A stretch of DNA of 62,006 bases, filler included, from Platydemus manokwari (lineage: Eukaryota), in the NCBI GenBank assembly GCA_037951405.1. It is 5 parts of 5 records of this genome, joined end to end, with 100 filler letters (N's around TTAATTAATTAA, not from the genome) between each part and the next. Parts side by side here need not be neighbours in the genome. Positions count along the whole stretch, not along the records: positions 11,197 to 24,251 come from JBBMOY011864721.1; positions 24,352 to 36,202 come from JBBMOY010433333.1; 3 more parts are not named here. One strand, 5' to 3'. Below the pieces are notes generated by a model. It searched no databases. It was not told the origin of the DNA and saw only the letters and a program-made list of their open reading frames with translations. Positions 14,101-26,926 of this stretch are shown here, piece after piece (within the stretch, counting starts at the first letter, position 1; each line of letters begins with the position of its first letter). Both the position numbers and the translations under genes were made by a program.

Positions 14101-15161
14101 GGTTACCATGGAGTCCTCAGTTGCAGGCCTGATTATTGGAAATTATTTCACAGGTGCTTTCCTCTAATAGCTTGTGTTGCCAATTTCTTTTAGTTCCTTA
14201 ATATCGTTGTTAAGTTAGTATTGTTACTGATACTCGGGTTGCTGAAAAATTTCATTTCCAGGCTTTTTGTATTATCGGTTTTGTTATTCGGCTTTGGTTT
14301 GCACTCTTAGCTGTTCGTATGGGCATATGGAGGCTGAAATTTCTTGCAATTTGATCTGTGATTTGGATCATGAGTGAGATCCCTGATGGCGTAAGACATC
14401 AAGTAATCTTTCAGGACTTTGTTACACTGACAGATTAATCTGTTATCACTTTGATTGCTTCGATCAGAGTGTAAAACAATCAGTGATACAAAGTTTTCCT
14501 CTCGAATACTCCACATTCGCGTACAAGTTGGGAATGTGGGCATAAACAGACCTGTCCACTTTGAAGATGCTTCTCATCTGTGCTATTGAGGCATTTCGAA
14601 TTCTTTCCCTGTCCATTAAATTTAAACTTTCGTTGCTGATCAAGTTGAAACGATGGATTGTTTTTCTTCTCTGAGCTTGTTGACTTTATCATTCCAAATC
14701 TTGAAAAATTTTCAGAATGAGAATTCCAGTATTTTTCGATAACAATTAAATCATATCAATAATTGGTGCAATGATTACCAATAAACTGAAGAAAGTTAAA
14801 AAACTAATATTATATTATTTAACGAGATTACAGAGCTGGAACAAAACATATAGATTTTAAATTTTGTTATTCAAAAATTTAAAACGAAATTGAATTTTGA
14901 ATATAAGATATTGCATATAACATTAGCAAAGCAAATAATGATAGAAACTGAGTTCATTGACAGTTTTGTAATTGTTAATAATTAGTTACTAAATATATAA
15001 TATTGTGTTTGATATGATAAATTGATATCTTATTCACACACAAATATTTATCAATTATTAAATATGAAATAACCAGTTTCAATCATTAATAAATATTACA
15101 TAACAAAAACAAGAAATAAATCTGATATATTGAACTAATGAAAAAATAATATAATGATAAA

Positions 15162-15830
15162 TCATTCATCTTTCGTACGTGATGACTTCAAAATTTCATT
15201 TCTCAAACCTTCAAATTCATAGATTCTATCTTTTCGAATATGATTTGCAGCAGTTGAATAAGTCAATAACAAACAAATTTGACGAGGTATGCATGTGAAG
15301 CATACGGATTTTTTCTGATTGACTTGATTACGTAATCTAATACATGATTTTTTCGGCGGATGATTGAAAGACGGGACAGATTTTTTGCAGTAACGAACGG
15401 GATGACTATCAGATTCTGGATGCGTACTACTATATCCACTGTCATTATCGGATGACTGAAACATAAATGGATCTTCATCATTAGATGTTTCGTTGAAAAC
15501 GGATAGAACATATGAGCCTATACCCCAGTTTTGTTTGCATAAATTCAAAATTTTAAGAGAAATTAAAAGTTGGATAGCTAGAGATTTATGTGAAGAACAA
15601 TAATAATTAAATATGTCAGAATTTGAAAGACATATTGCTGCTGCAAAACGAATAATTGAATAATATTGTTTATCATAATTCCCATTTTGTATATCTACTT
15701 TCATTTGCCTTTGATAAATTGTTCTCATGTAACAATTTTTACATTGTAAAGTTTGTTGAAGAACACTAAACTGTGAATCAGTAAGCGAACCTTGTCCAAA
15801 CTCTAATGTATCACTAACAACAACACTGAA
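15162..15830 (-). CDS. Uncharacterised putative PP1 regulatory subunit (RVxF; divergent PPP1R15/GADD34-CReP-like)
   Basis: The frame is open from acceptor tttag| at 15830 to the stop at 15162 (222 codons; first Met at 15728). It contains DSGYSS, KKSCIR and KKSVCF, followed by ICLLLTYSTAANHIRKDRIYE. Coding status is likely; family assignment is inference. Confidence 0.6.
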   Translation of the reverse strand, partial: FSVVVSDTLEFGQGSLTDSQFSVLQQTLQCKNCYMRTIYQRQMKVDIQNGNYDKQYYSIIRFAAAICLSNSDIFNYYCSSHKSLAIQLLISLKILNLCKQNWGIGSYVLSVFNETSNDEDPFMFQSSDNDSGYSSTHPESDSHPVRYCKKSVPSFNHPPKKSCIRLRNQVNQKKSVCFTCIPRQICLLLTYSTAANHIRKDRIYEFEGLRNEILKSSRTKDE

Positions 15831-18800
15831 CTAAAAATAATGAAAATGTAATTAATTTTTAATTAAATTTGTTCTTATTTATACTAAAATCTAAAAATGA
15901 AAGTAAAATAAATAACGAAATATCAAATTTTAAATAATGCATAGTTCAACATTTGATATAAACACACATTATGTTTATAACTATTATCGACTAATGAAGA
16001 GTCCAACAATTTATTAGCCTTCTTTGAAAATTCTTACGAACTTAAATGAAAATTTTAAAATAATTAAAATTTAAGAAATACGATTTCATTCCTAAACCTT
16101 TGTTATATATGAAAATTTAATTTATGTCCAATACAAATTGTTTTGAATTTATTAAAATTAATATATTTATTAATGATGTAAAATTTAAAATAGAAATAAA
16201 TCTGATATAAATAGAAAAATAAAATTAAAAAATCCACCTCAAAATTTTTTTTTAAATTATTTCAAAATTTATTATCGCTAATCATGGTCAACAATTAAAA
16301 GTATAATTAGTCATCAGCAACATGAGAAATTATCTTTATCCATCAAATATATATATAATCGTATGAATTCTAGGTCGAATCTCATTCAATTAGAATAAAA
16401 CTAAATAAATAAATTCTTATAAAAAGAAACTCGTAATTTGTAGTGATTACAATTCATTTAGTCCTAACCCCACAAAAACTTTTACCAGGACTCTTACAGC
16501 CACGGCCATAAATCGATAGATTTTACCTATAAAGAATCATACAATAGAATTCTAATTAAAGAAAAGTACCAAATCTTGTTATTTGCCTAAAATAATTACT
16601 GTTCTGTCTTACTGTACTGTATCACTGCATAAATTGAGTCTTATTGTATTTTATCAATTGTATCTTTTGTCTAACAATTATATATTATTCAAATTGAATT
16701 ATTTCTTTTATAATTTAATTTCACATATATATCTTTTAGGCTTAGTTGTACTAATTAAATATTATTAAAGCTCGACACATTTTTTGGTTAAAGTTAAGTT
16801 TAGGATATCCTTAGTTTATTAATTAGCAAACCGAATTTCACATATTAGCGTGATGAAGTTCAAGCAGACATAGCACATAGTAACTAATGAACACAGAAGC
16901 TCGTGATAATACACAGATACCAGAAATTGTACTTGCAATCCATCAAACATGTTATTAATTAAGAAAATTCCATTCACTCTAGCTATATAAGATTGAAAAA
17001 AGGGATTTCGATTCCAGATATAAGACTTTCAAGAGGACAAGTATCGATACTGTACCTAAAAATCATAAAAGAGACAACCAAGTTTCATTCCTTCGAAGAT
17101 TTTACGAAAAATTTTAGAGCAAAGCTACGATGAAAGATATTGACGAAGTAAGAATGGTACTAGTATTTTCCTAGTTAAAGACTATAGGAATCACTGAAAT
17201 CATTCATAAAATTTACCAGGACAGAAGCTCACAAATTACTCCTGTTAAGTTCGGGCTCTATTGATTTTATTGTTTTACTAAGCTTAATCCTATTTTATAC
17301 CACGATTGTCTTAATCAGTCTCCATGTGCTCTTGATTAAGGTCAGGGGGTATAATCTACCTTATTTTGACGTTCCTTCACCACGCACAGCATTATTGTGT
17401 GAAGACAATAAGTGCGGCAATAGCGATATGTTTTAAATTACTTAACTATCAGTCTTAAATTATATAAACCTATTTAAACTATTAGCTATGCTAATACCAA
17501 CGATAATAAACAATGATTTTATGATCCCTATATGAATAATAATTAAAACTTGCTACTGCAAATATATATTAATAATGACACCAATAAAAAACTGATTAAC
17601 AACAATAAAATAAAAATTACAAATGGATTTTAAAACTTTCATACGATCCACACTCTTGGGGAAAAACCAATTATCTTTCAAGATTGTTGAAGGAAAACTT
17701 GATAATAAAAGATAAGCGATACAATATGAATCAGTATTTTACACGAATGGATCTTACTGTGGAGTCTTCCAATAAAATACTTGGCATATAAGGAATCCTG
17801 TTCTTCTGCATTGGACGATCTTCTGTCATGCGTTGATTTATTTGCAAAATAATATATCTTCTCCAACTGATTTTGCGTATAATTGTGGTAGCGAAAATAA
17901 TGGCAGTGTTAATTGCGACTGCTGCCTTATATAGGTAGTGGTGAATCACTAGCAGATATTCTCTGAGATTAAATCTAATGCCAGTGAATTTATTATTTTA
18001 TCGATAGAATTCATTCACAGGTGAGAGAAATTCTCTCGGAATAAATTTATTACAAAAAGAAATACTCTCGCGATTAAATTAAATCGAATTATTATTTTAG
18101 TCTATAACAGAATTTATGTCCGCGATAATAGATGGCAATTTTTTGTCGATGTTATTGAACGATAATATATTGCGTATTGTTATTTTATAAATTAATTTAT
18201 TATTTGGGGAAATTTCAATTGATTTGTTCTGGATGGGTTTTTACTAATATCATTATTTTAAACATTTATAAATAATAATAATTATAAATACTAATATATT
18301 ATACTATCTTTAACGAATTTCACTCAGATATTCTAGGAGTTGTTAAGATATAAAAATATACACTGATTAAATAAAAATATCCCAATAAAAAATTAATGTT
18401 ATTTAATGCACATTGTCATGTATTGTTAAAATATTCACACAATGTTGCACATAGTTTTCTCATGTTTAAAAGTAAGCACTTCAAAAATGCTTCTCGATTA
18501 TTGAATATCAAATATATGGTCGATTCGTCTCATTTAATATCTTCTTAATTATTGTGATATTTCCGTGTACAACTTTTATAAAATTTATAGATTTTAAAAG
18601 GAACCCCAATTTTTATTATATCTCAGGTATGTGAATCAACTAATGTACAAATAGAATGAAGACGAGATCCGGTTAATACTGCAACTGCTTCAAGAGAAAC
18701 TTAGGCAAATATGGGACTATCTTAGAGATTACTAACATCAACATTCAAGTACAGCACAATTCCGAGGAGGAAATTTGGATTCGATTCAAATATAAAAAAA

Positions 18801-20299
18801 ATGTTCAAGCTTTTTCGGTATAATTTGTGGAATCCAGAAGAACAAGAAACAACTTCACTAGTGCAATCAAACCAAGATATGCTAGATTCTGTATATCCAC
18901 TTCAGATGTAACATCTTTACAAGGACAAAATTTAGGTGAAAATCAAGAAGAAACTTTAAAAATCAAAATCAACTTGAATATTATCTGATAAAAAAGCTCC
19001 AACGAATCAGATTTATTGTTACAATTACGGTTGAATCAATGTGCAGTATTCGTTATGTTAAATACATGCTGGGATACCATAATAATTGGTTCAGCTTCTT
19101 AGAATGACAAGGAATTATAGAAAATCAATGTTATGATAACCATAATTAATAAAAACAGTCCACAAAGTGTACGAGTATCTATGATAAACTTTATTATGCT
19201 ATTGGATTCCAGCAGTTATAAAATTTAAACGAGAAAAATGTGCTTTTATCCAGTAACCTGAGTTTAATTCAAATTGTGACTGAGATTTGACAGTAATTAA
19301 TTTCTCAAGATCAGCCTCATTATTATTTCTATAACCTATTTATAGAAATGAAGATATACACAAATGATATCAATTTATTTATTTAAATATTATAGCAGCA
19401 AATACATTCAAATCATTTAATTAGAATGTTTATTCTCGAAATAAAATGTCTAGAGCAAAAATGTCTTCAAGGTTTTTCTTATAAATTTTAAATATGAACT
19501 TTAGAATATGCATGATTTTACGCTTCGAATACTTTGTCGTTTCACAATTTCTTCAAATTTTCACGACAGTAGCAGAGGATTTTACCCAAATTTTTATTAT
19601 CAAGATTCCTTAATAACTGTAACTCCAAGTTGTAGCAATAATTTTCCAAATTGAGGATATTATAGTGCCAAATGTTTGGTATTTATTCAAGTGCTATCTC
19701 GTGATAAGTTACTTGATTTATTTTATTCGTTTTTTAATTTTTTTGTGCATAATAAAATTTTATCTAATCATTACTATTTGTTGATGCTTTATTTTAATTG
19801 GATAAAATGTTCTAATTACTTCTTGAAAATCATTATTTATATCATCATTATAAAATGATTATTTTATATTTAATCATTATATGTTTATGCGAGAATTCAA
19901 GTCATTGTTACTATTATTTCTTTTTATTTTATCGAATATTGATACATTATTACTTTTATCTTACTTTTTGTTACTTATTTAGGAATATTATAAACAATAA
20001 ATAAGACTTGACTCCAGTTCGAGGTGTATAAATCAATACACGAACAGCAAAATCTTAACCCAAAATTAGCTTTCAACTGGCAGCTATTCATCTTTACACC
20101 GATTTTTATACTTGCGTTTTAATTATTGCAATTTATGTTGACTGTTATTTCCGCTCAATTAGATCGTTATTTTTCAACCCAAATGTTCACTCCAATTTTG
20201 TTTGTATGAGGTCCCACGTGGTGAAACCAACTAAATTTCAAACTATTGTACAACTACTTAATCTCAATCTCAACATCAATTAAATGACTTAATTCCAGT

Positions 20300-23200
20300 T
20301 AGTGAATGCCCTTCGGTTTCAACTAGTTATGATGCAATTTTCGATTTCAATGTAAAGGCTAGTCAACACGGAGAATAACATGGAAGTACTCTCGAGGACT
20401 CTTTGCTCCAGTGCTACCTCAACTCAGAAATGACATCAATAAAACAATTTCGAACCTTATTCTGCTCCGAAAAATACCATCACAATCACGATAAAGCTAA
20501 ATGAAACTGAAGCTGCCGATTTCACACAAATGCTTAAATCCACTAGAACGGCAATCACTGCAATAAATTAAACCAGATTTGCTCCAAAAAAGGTCGTAAA
20601 ACCATCAGTACTCCATTTCTGTGATCAATCGACTTCAGATTATAAGTTTCGTAATCAATTACTAAAGGAGCCCAAAAAGACAATAAGAAGCATAATGCGA
20701 TCGACAAACCCGACATCCACTCCAAGCTTGAAGGAAATCATTGATTATTATTATAAACCGGTACCACCTAAACTATCAGCAAACTTCAACTCAATCCTGC
20801 CAAGACACGAGGACAATTCTAACCGAATGGACATCACCCTCGCAGAAATTGAACACACTTTCAAAAAATTGGCCAATTCAGCACCCGGAAATGACAAAAT
20901 AACTTACAAAGACTGGAAATCAATAGATCCGGAGCACATCTTCCTCCAATCACTTTTCAACGGGATACTCCGGACAAAATCTATGCCAAATCACTGGAAA
21001 GAGTGAAACACAAGCCTCCTCATTAAACCGGGAGAACAATCTACCTCCCGCATCATTACATCATGGAGGACAATCACTCTAACAGACTCTTCTTACCGGA
21101 TTTTTACCACCATGCTCAATCTTCGCTTACTAAAATGGATCGATGCCGGCAACGTACTATCTACTAATCAAAAAGACATGTTCGCATTGGATGGTTGTGT
21201 CGAAGTCTACATGTTCTCAGTACAGGAATACATGGCCCAACACAACATGGACATGCATATATGCTGAATTGATTTCAAAGAAGTCTTTCTAAGCCTGCCT
21301 TATGACGTTATATGGTTTACACTCAACAAGATGGAATGTAATACTCACCACATCAAGATGATTCAAACCATATACGCGGGCTGCAAATCAACTTACACCT
21401 GTGGAATACTGGAAACACCGCCAATTACAATTTATGTCAATAAACTTGTCAATAATTCTCTTCTGTTTATCAATAGATTTTCTATTGCTATCGTCTACCA
21501 GGCTAGCGGAACCACTGATCGTCTACAATAACCAGCGCTCGACATTGGCCTACGCCAGCGACATTGTCATCATCGCAAACTCTGAAGAAAACCTGGAAAA
21601 TAAGACCAAATACCTGCACACCAATCAAATGATATCCATTTCACTATCAATACATCAAAATGTGGAACTTTGCAAAAAACATCAGAAACCGTATTGACCT
21701 AGCAATCTTCGACCAGCCAATACCAATCATGGGCTCGGACAACCTACACAAATATTTCGTGAGCGCTTTTTGGACTTCCAAAACGAACACCAGTGAATCA
21801 CATACTGGAATCAATCATCACCGACTTCGAAGCGATTGCAGAATCCAGGTTGCATCCGTCGCAGAAGTTCCAGGGCTATAAAATCTTTCTACACTCGAGA
21901 TTGCCATTCTACCTCAAAATCTAGCAGGTCGAAACCACAAAATTGGATATAAGACCATTAATAACAGACCAACATGGACAATCAGCGCAATCTTTTGATA
22001 AGAAAATCCGCCAAATCTCCAGAAAACACTTAACATGAACAGCTTCAAATTTAGCAACAACTTCCCATACACACCAAAGAGACGCGGCGGAATCGGACCA
22101 CTACGTCCTTAATGATATACTGCGTCCAGAGCATAGTCAGAGCTTTCAGATACCTTACGAGCCCGGATCACGACTTCAGAACATTCATCGCAAGTCACAT
22201 CATTAACGTCGTCAAACACCGCGTGAAAGACTCGGAAGATTTACCAAATGCAATACCATTAATATCGGATAAATTGCCCACTGAGAAACCATCATCTGCA
22301 GCAACATAGTGAACTAAAACTCGGTTTTTTGTAAAAAAAATCAGAAAAATCAAAATCGATGTACAATTTTACAACCACCATGGTGATGTCTTGCTCAAAT
22401 TAACCGTGAACAACGACAAGGCATATCATTTCAATTTTGATAATCAGTGAAAGCTATCAGACTTACTACATGATTTCATTGCCATGCACTTTTACCATGA
22501 AAGGGTGAAAATGAAGAAACAAGGAAAATTTGTCCACTACCTCTTGACTTTCTTTCGCAGAAACCGTTTAAAAATTTCTATCTATCATCGGAAGTTTGGA
22601 TTTTTCATTCCAAGCCTGAAACAATCCCCTCCTGCTCAATTACAGTCCATATTTTATCAAACAAGAAAAATCTATACTATGCCGAAAATGCCAAACGCAA
22701 CCGGAGACTGACTCTCATATCTTCAAACATCGACCTAGACAAAGCGCAGATTACACACATTGCAGGCTTCCTGATTGCAACACGATTGAAAAATGCCTTT
22801 GCAACATACAAAGCACACACTGATCAACGGAAACTGAAGTCACCATCATGGACAAGGGCCTTCAACCAATTGAGAACGACCACAAATTGATAGATATCTA
22901 TCGAATGAAACATGAGAAAATTGAACAAAGAATCTCAAATAACAATTAATCATTGAAAGAATGCAACTATATATACTATATAATTGATGTGAGGACATGT
23001 GCCATCGCACCACCAAAAGAAAAATTATGTTTATGCGAAATAAATCTTAGTTTATTTTGAGTATTTTTTGTGTCATGTTGTATCATATTTTGATTTGATA
23101 TTTGCTTTCTGTGTTCTTATTGGGTTTTTAAGATTTTACATAGACTGGATTGGTCAATCACTATGTATGTTTTGTGTAGCTATGCCTCTTTTTCCAATTG

Positions 23201-23300
23201 TAATTCACCATATAACTTCACTGTGATTGGTTGATTGCTATACCTCTATGTCTGTCTAGGCATGCAAATCTTCAAAGTGTCAAAACAAGGATTCCAAGGT
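20300..23300 (+). mobile_element. Decayed RLE-type non-LTR retrotransposon with reverse transcriptase (NeSL/Utopia-like)
   Basis: RT motifs run across broken frames: NSAPGNDKITYKDWK, PNHWK..T.LL.K, SWRTITL....YRIFT..L..RL..W, NQK....DGCVE, IDFKEVF.SLP, LAYASDIVIIA (degenerate YADD), RGGIG, and CRKCQTQPETDSHIF near 22680. Composition is C/A-rich relative to the flanks. Ends are approximate. Confidence 0.88.
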
Positions 23301-24251
23301 GCAATTTTGTTCTTCTTTTTTTAGAATTTCATCTCACTCAACATTTAATTTTCGACTTTTCGTAACTTCATAAATATAAATATTGCATTAACAATTAAAG
23401 CTACTTTAATATTACTATTATTATATATAACCATTCATTACATACTTTTATAAATTTATACATCCATCACAATTGTCCCTAAATTATTATGTTCGAAAAT
23501 GTAACGGACAATACCGATTGATTAAGAAATTAAATTACCTGTATATTCTAAGCGCTTTTGTCCTATTATTATTGGTGGTGGAATCATTGATTTTATGAAA
23601 TAATCTCAAGAATGAAGCAATTAAAAAAGACGTAAGAGATTGGTCCATGAACAATTTTACAATAAAAGGATGAATACTGATTCAGTTATTGAATTAGCAA
23701 GAATTAACAGCAATGATAATAAGTAATTCGCTACATTCAAATTTTGGATTCAAAACTGTTAGAATCACTGTTTAATTCAGGCTTGACGTGTGAAACAATC
23801 TGGTTGGAATTACCAACTCAACAACTACAACCTTCAACTGCTACAAACAATATATCCATAACACACAGCTACAACTTATCCAACATAACATATAATATGA
23901 ACTTATGATATACAATCACAACCTATTCAACATTATATATAGTGCATATAAAATTACCCATTACAAACATTCAAAAATGAACCTTGACTATAGAGTAATC
24001 AAATTCAATATTCCAGCCAACAATCTGCAAATTCAATGAGCAAGCATATTTAACCCTTAGCAATTCCAAAATTAATTCTTATAAATATTATATTAACAAT
24101 TAATTGACTATAAATTTTGATCAAATTGTATTTTTATGACTTATTTTCATATTTGTAGTTTACATGGCCAGCTTATATTCTTTTATTTTTATTTAATTGT
24201 GGCTTATTTAAATAATTGTGTTTTATCAATATTTAATAATGATTAATGTTT

Positions 24252-24351
24252 NNNNNNNNNNNNNNNNNNNNNNNNNNNNNNNNNNNNNNNNNNNNTTAAT
24301 TAATTAANNNNNNNNNNNNNNNNNNNNNNNNNNNNNNNNNNNNNNNNNNNN
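24252..24351. other. Artificial assembly linker
   Basis: Same 100-bp spacer. Confidence 0.98.

Positions 24352-24422
<71 letters not shown>
24352..24422. repeat. (ATT)n microsatellite at contig start
   Basis: Perfect TAT run directly after the gap. Confidence 0.97.
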
Positions 24423-24424
<2 letters not shown>

Positions 24425-24429
24425 ATTTA

Positions 24430-26760
24430 AAAATAAGTATTTATGTCTTTTTCAGTTTAATTTGAGTCCTAATTTTCCAAAGACATGTTTTATAAATTAT
24501 ATGTTATTTCAAATTTAGTTACATCTCCGGTAAATACAAAATATATTTTATCCCCAGATTTCGTAAAAAAAATTCTATTTTATAAATTTGCAAAATTTGA
24601 AAATCCCTGCAATTTAAGTTTTTTATTTCTAATGTTGGTATAAATGATTTTTCAAGTTTTTTTCGGGTGATAAATATTTCTGATTCAATATATTCCGGTT
24701 TTACATCATTTTCGAAAATATACTTGAATAATTCATTTTTATTCGGTTCATCAATGGAAGTCTTTAACTTTTCAATTGCTAAGAGATTTTTAGCTTAATT
24801 TTGTATAACAAGTTCTAATAAAGGTTTTTCAAATTCAGTGATGCCTTGATTTAACAAAATTTTAGAATAATGATTTTCTTCATCTTTATCATCTATTTTT
24901 CTCAAGGAAATAATCTTTTTGAATTCTTTTATTCTTTAATTTATGTCAAAGCTATTATTTACCATTTTTAATTTATAACTTTAAAAAATTTTATTCCTTA
25001 TCATAAATTGTGAATGTCTTCGATAATTACATCTTTATCTTTATCGAAATCCATATATTTATATTTTATATTATATTGTTTAATTACAAGAAAATTAAAT
25101 TTTTCTTTATCTAATGTATTACTAAATAAATCGTATTGTATTATATCTTTATTGCTTTTCTTTAATTTAAACAAAATAATAAAATTTAATTTGTATTTAA
25201 TTGTTTTCTTTAGTAAATCAAACTAATTTTGTGATAGATGATTATTATTACAATCATTGTGTCTTCCTCTTGTATAATAAGCATTCATAATTACTTGATT
25301 TTTATCAGTTACACAATCATTAAAAATTAATAACTTTCTGTTCCTTCGACTAAAATTTTTCGTGGAATTTGTAAAAAAGAAATTTCTAAATTTAAATCAT
25401 AAAAATATGAAAATAAGTAGAATTTCAATATTAGGTGCGAATTTAAATAAAAGTACGAAATTAAGATGTTTTAGAGAAATATCTGACGACTACTTACAAG
25501 AAACCATTACAAATAATAAGTTTTTAAATAAGTTTAGTACTGGTTGTCATCCTGGAGAATTTCATTTAAAAAGTTTAAATTCATTAAATAAAACTACCCA
25601 TACACATAATCATGGACGGGAGACAAATCTTCAAGAACATTTACAAAATTATGATGAAATTGTTAATTCATTCAATGAAACTGGAAACCCCTATTAGTCT
25701 TCTAATTGCAAAATATGAACATCAACCGATAAATAGAATAAATGAAATTGTAATGCAATATGGTCTAGATTTTATATTTATTATTATTTATATTAATATA
25801 TTATATTTCAAAAGATTTACAAGATAGACATACAGATTTAAAATAATTCATTGAATGAATAATATTCCGAATTCAACGTTTAGAGATAAATTAGAAAGAT
25901 TTTTAGTTAAAAGTATTATGAAAAGAAAGATTGTCTTTGCACATGGTTTTAATCCAATTATTTTAGGTCAAGGATTATCGAAGATAGCTGAACAAAGCCC
26001 TAGTTTACCGCGTTTAGCAAAAGATTTACTAATTAAAATATTATTCCAAAACAATTTTAATAAGGAAGAAGGTGAAGAAATTAATAAGATAGACATTCGT
26101 GATGAAGATTTATTATCTAAAGAATTACACCATGAATATAAAAAACCTAAGAATATTGAAAACAACTATTAGTAGATTGGGATAATCATTCCAACAATGG
26201 TCCTTTGAAAATCAATAATTCTTGGCTTCTCGTGAGAACTTTCGAAATATTTTCTGTCTGTCTATATAATGGTTAAAGCATTTATTCCCATACTATTTTA
26301 ATACTAATTATTCAATATTTAAAGAGTGATTCTCGAAGTATTTGTTCATTTAAACAAGCTTCTAACACTTCTGCTAAATTTTGGTCAAATTGAACTTATA
26401 TTTTAATGTCATATAATCATTGATTTTCATCTGATTCTTAAGAAGTATTATTAACGAAATTCATATTTCAGCCTGTTTCCAAAGGATTTTCTCTCTTAAA
26501 TTCCTGTTTCATTTCGATAATTTCTAGTTGAGTTCTTGCTTTTATTTGTTTGTGATAAATGACACCATATGTGATAAGAATCACTGATGAATCGATACAA
26601 TATTCCGTTGTATAGAAAAACTGGACATAAGGCATTTCTTTAAACAGACCTGAATATATGTCATGTTGTGTTTGAAATATTAAATTTATTATCAAATTAA
26701 GTTTTGTGATTCTATCAAATATTTCCATGGTTACAAATCACATAATTCGTTTTAAAAATT
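24430..26760. mobile_element. Decayed Polinton/Maverick (adintovirus-like) segment with a PLA2-like gene
   Basis: Broken + frames at 25500-26172 read PGEFHL...G.ETNL.E.L...PINRINEIVMQYGLDF...DLQDRH.DLK...NNIPNSTFRDKLERFLVKSIMKRKIVF.HG. This is the pattern of Polinton parvovirus-type PLA2 proteins. It is followed by LSKELHHEYKKPK, which resembles the segment preceding Polinton integrases. The flanking intronless decayed ORFs on the - strand are unassigned. Confidence 0.68.
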
Positions 26761-26926
26761 ATTCAATGAGAACTAAGTTATTAAGTATAATTATTCGATA
26801 ATAATAACAATAATAATAATAATATAATGATAATATTATAATGATAATAATAATATAATGAAAAAATAAAAATAGCCAAAACAATTTATTTAAACAAAAT
26901 GCTAAATACATCGGCCTATCAAAATT

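Noticed and set aside
12042-14692. Short exon-like minus-strand ORFs
   Set aside because: Could not be spliced into a consistent frame or matched to a family; probably TE debris.
18600-19330. Possible gypsy gag-protease remnant
   Set aside because: Only a vague match to the DTG motif; cannot be supported.
20197-20245. Hammerhead-like TATGAGGTCCC...GTGAAAC upstream of the retroelement
   Set aside because: Lacks the CUGANGA core, and stems I-III do not pair convincingly.
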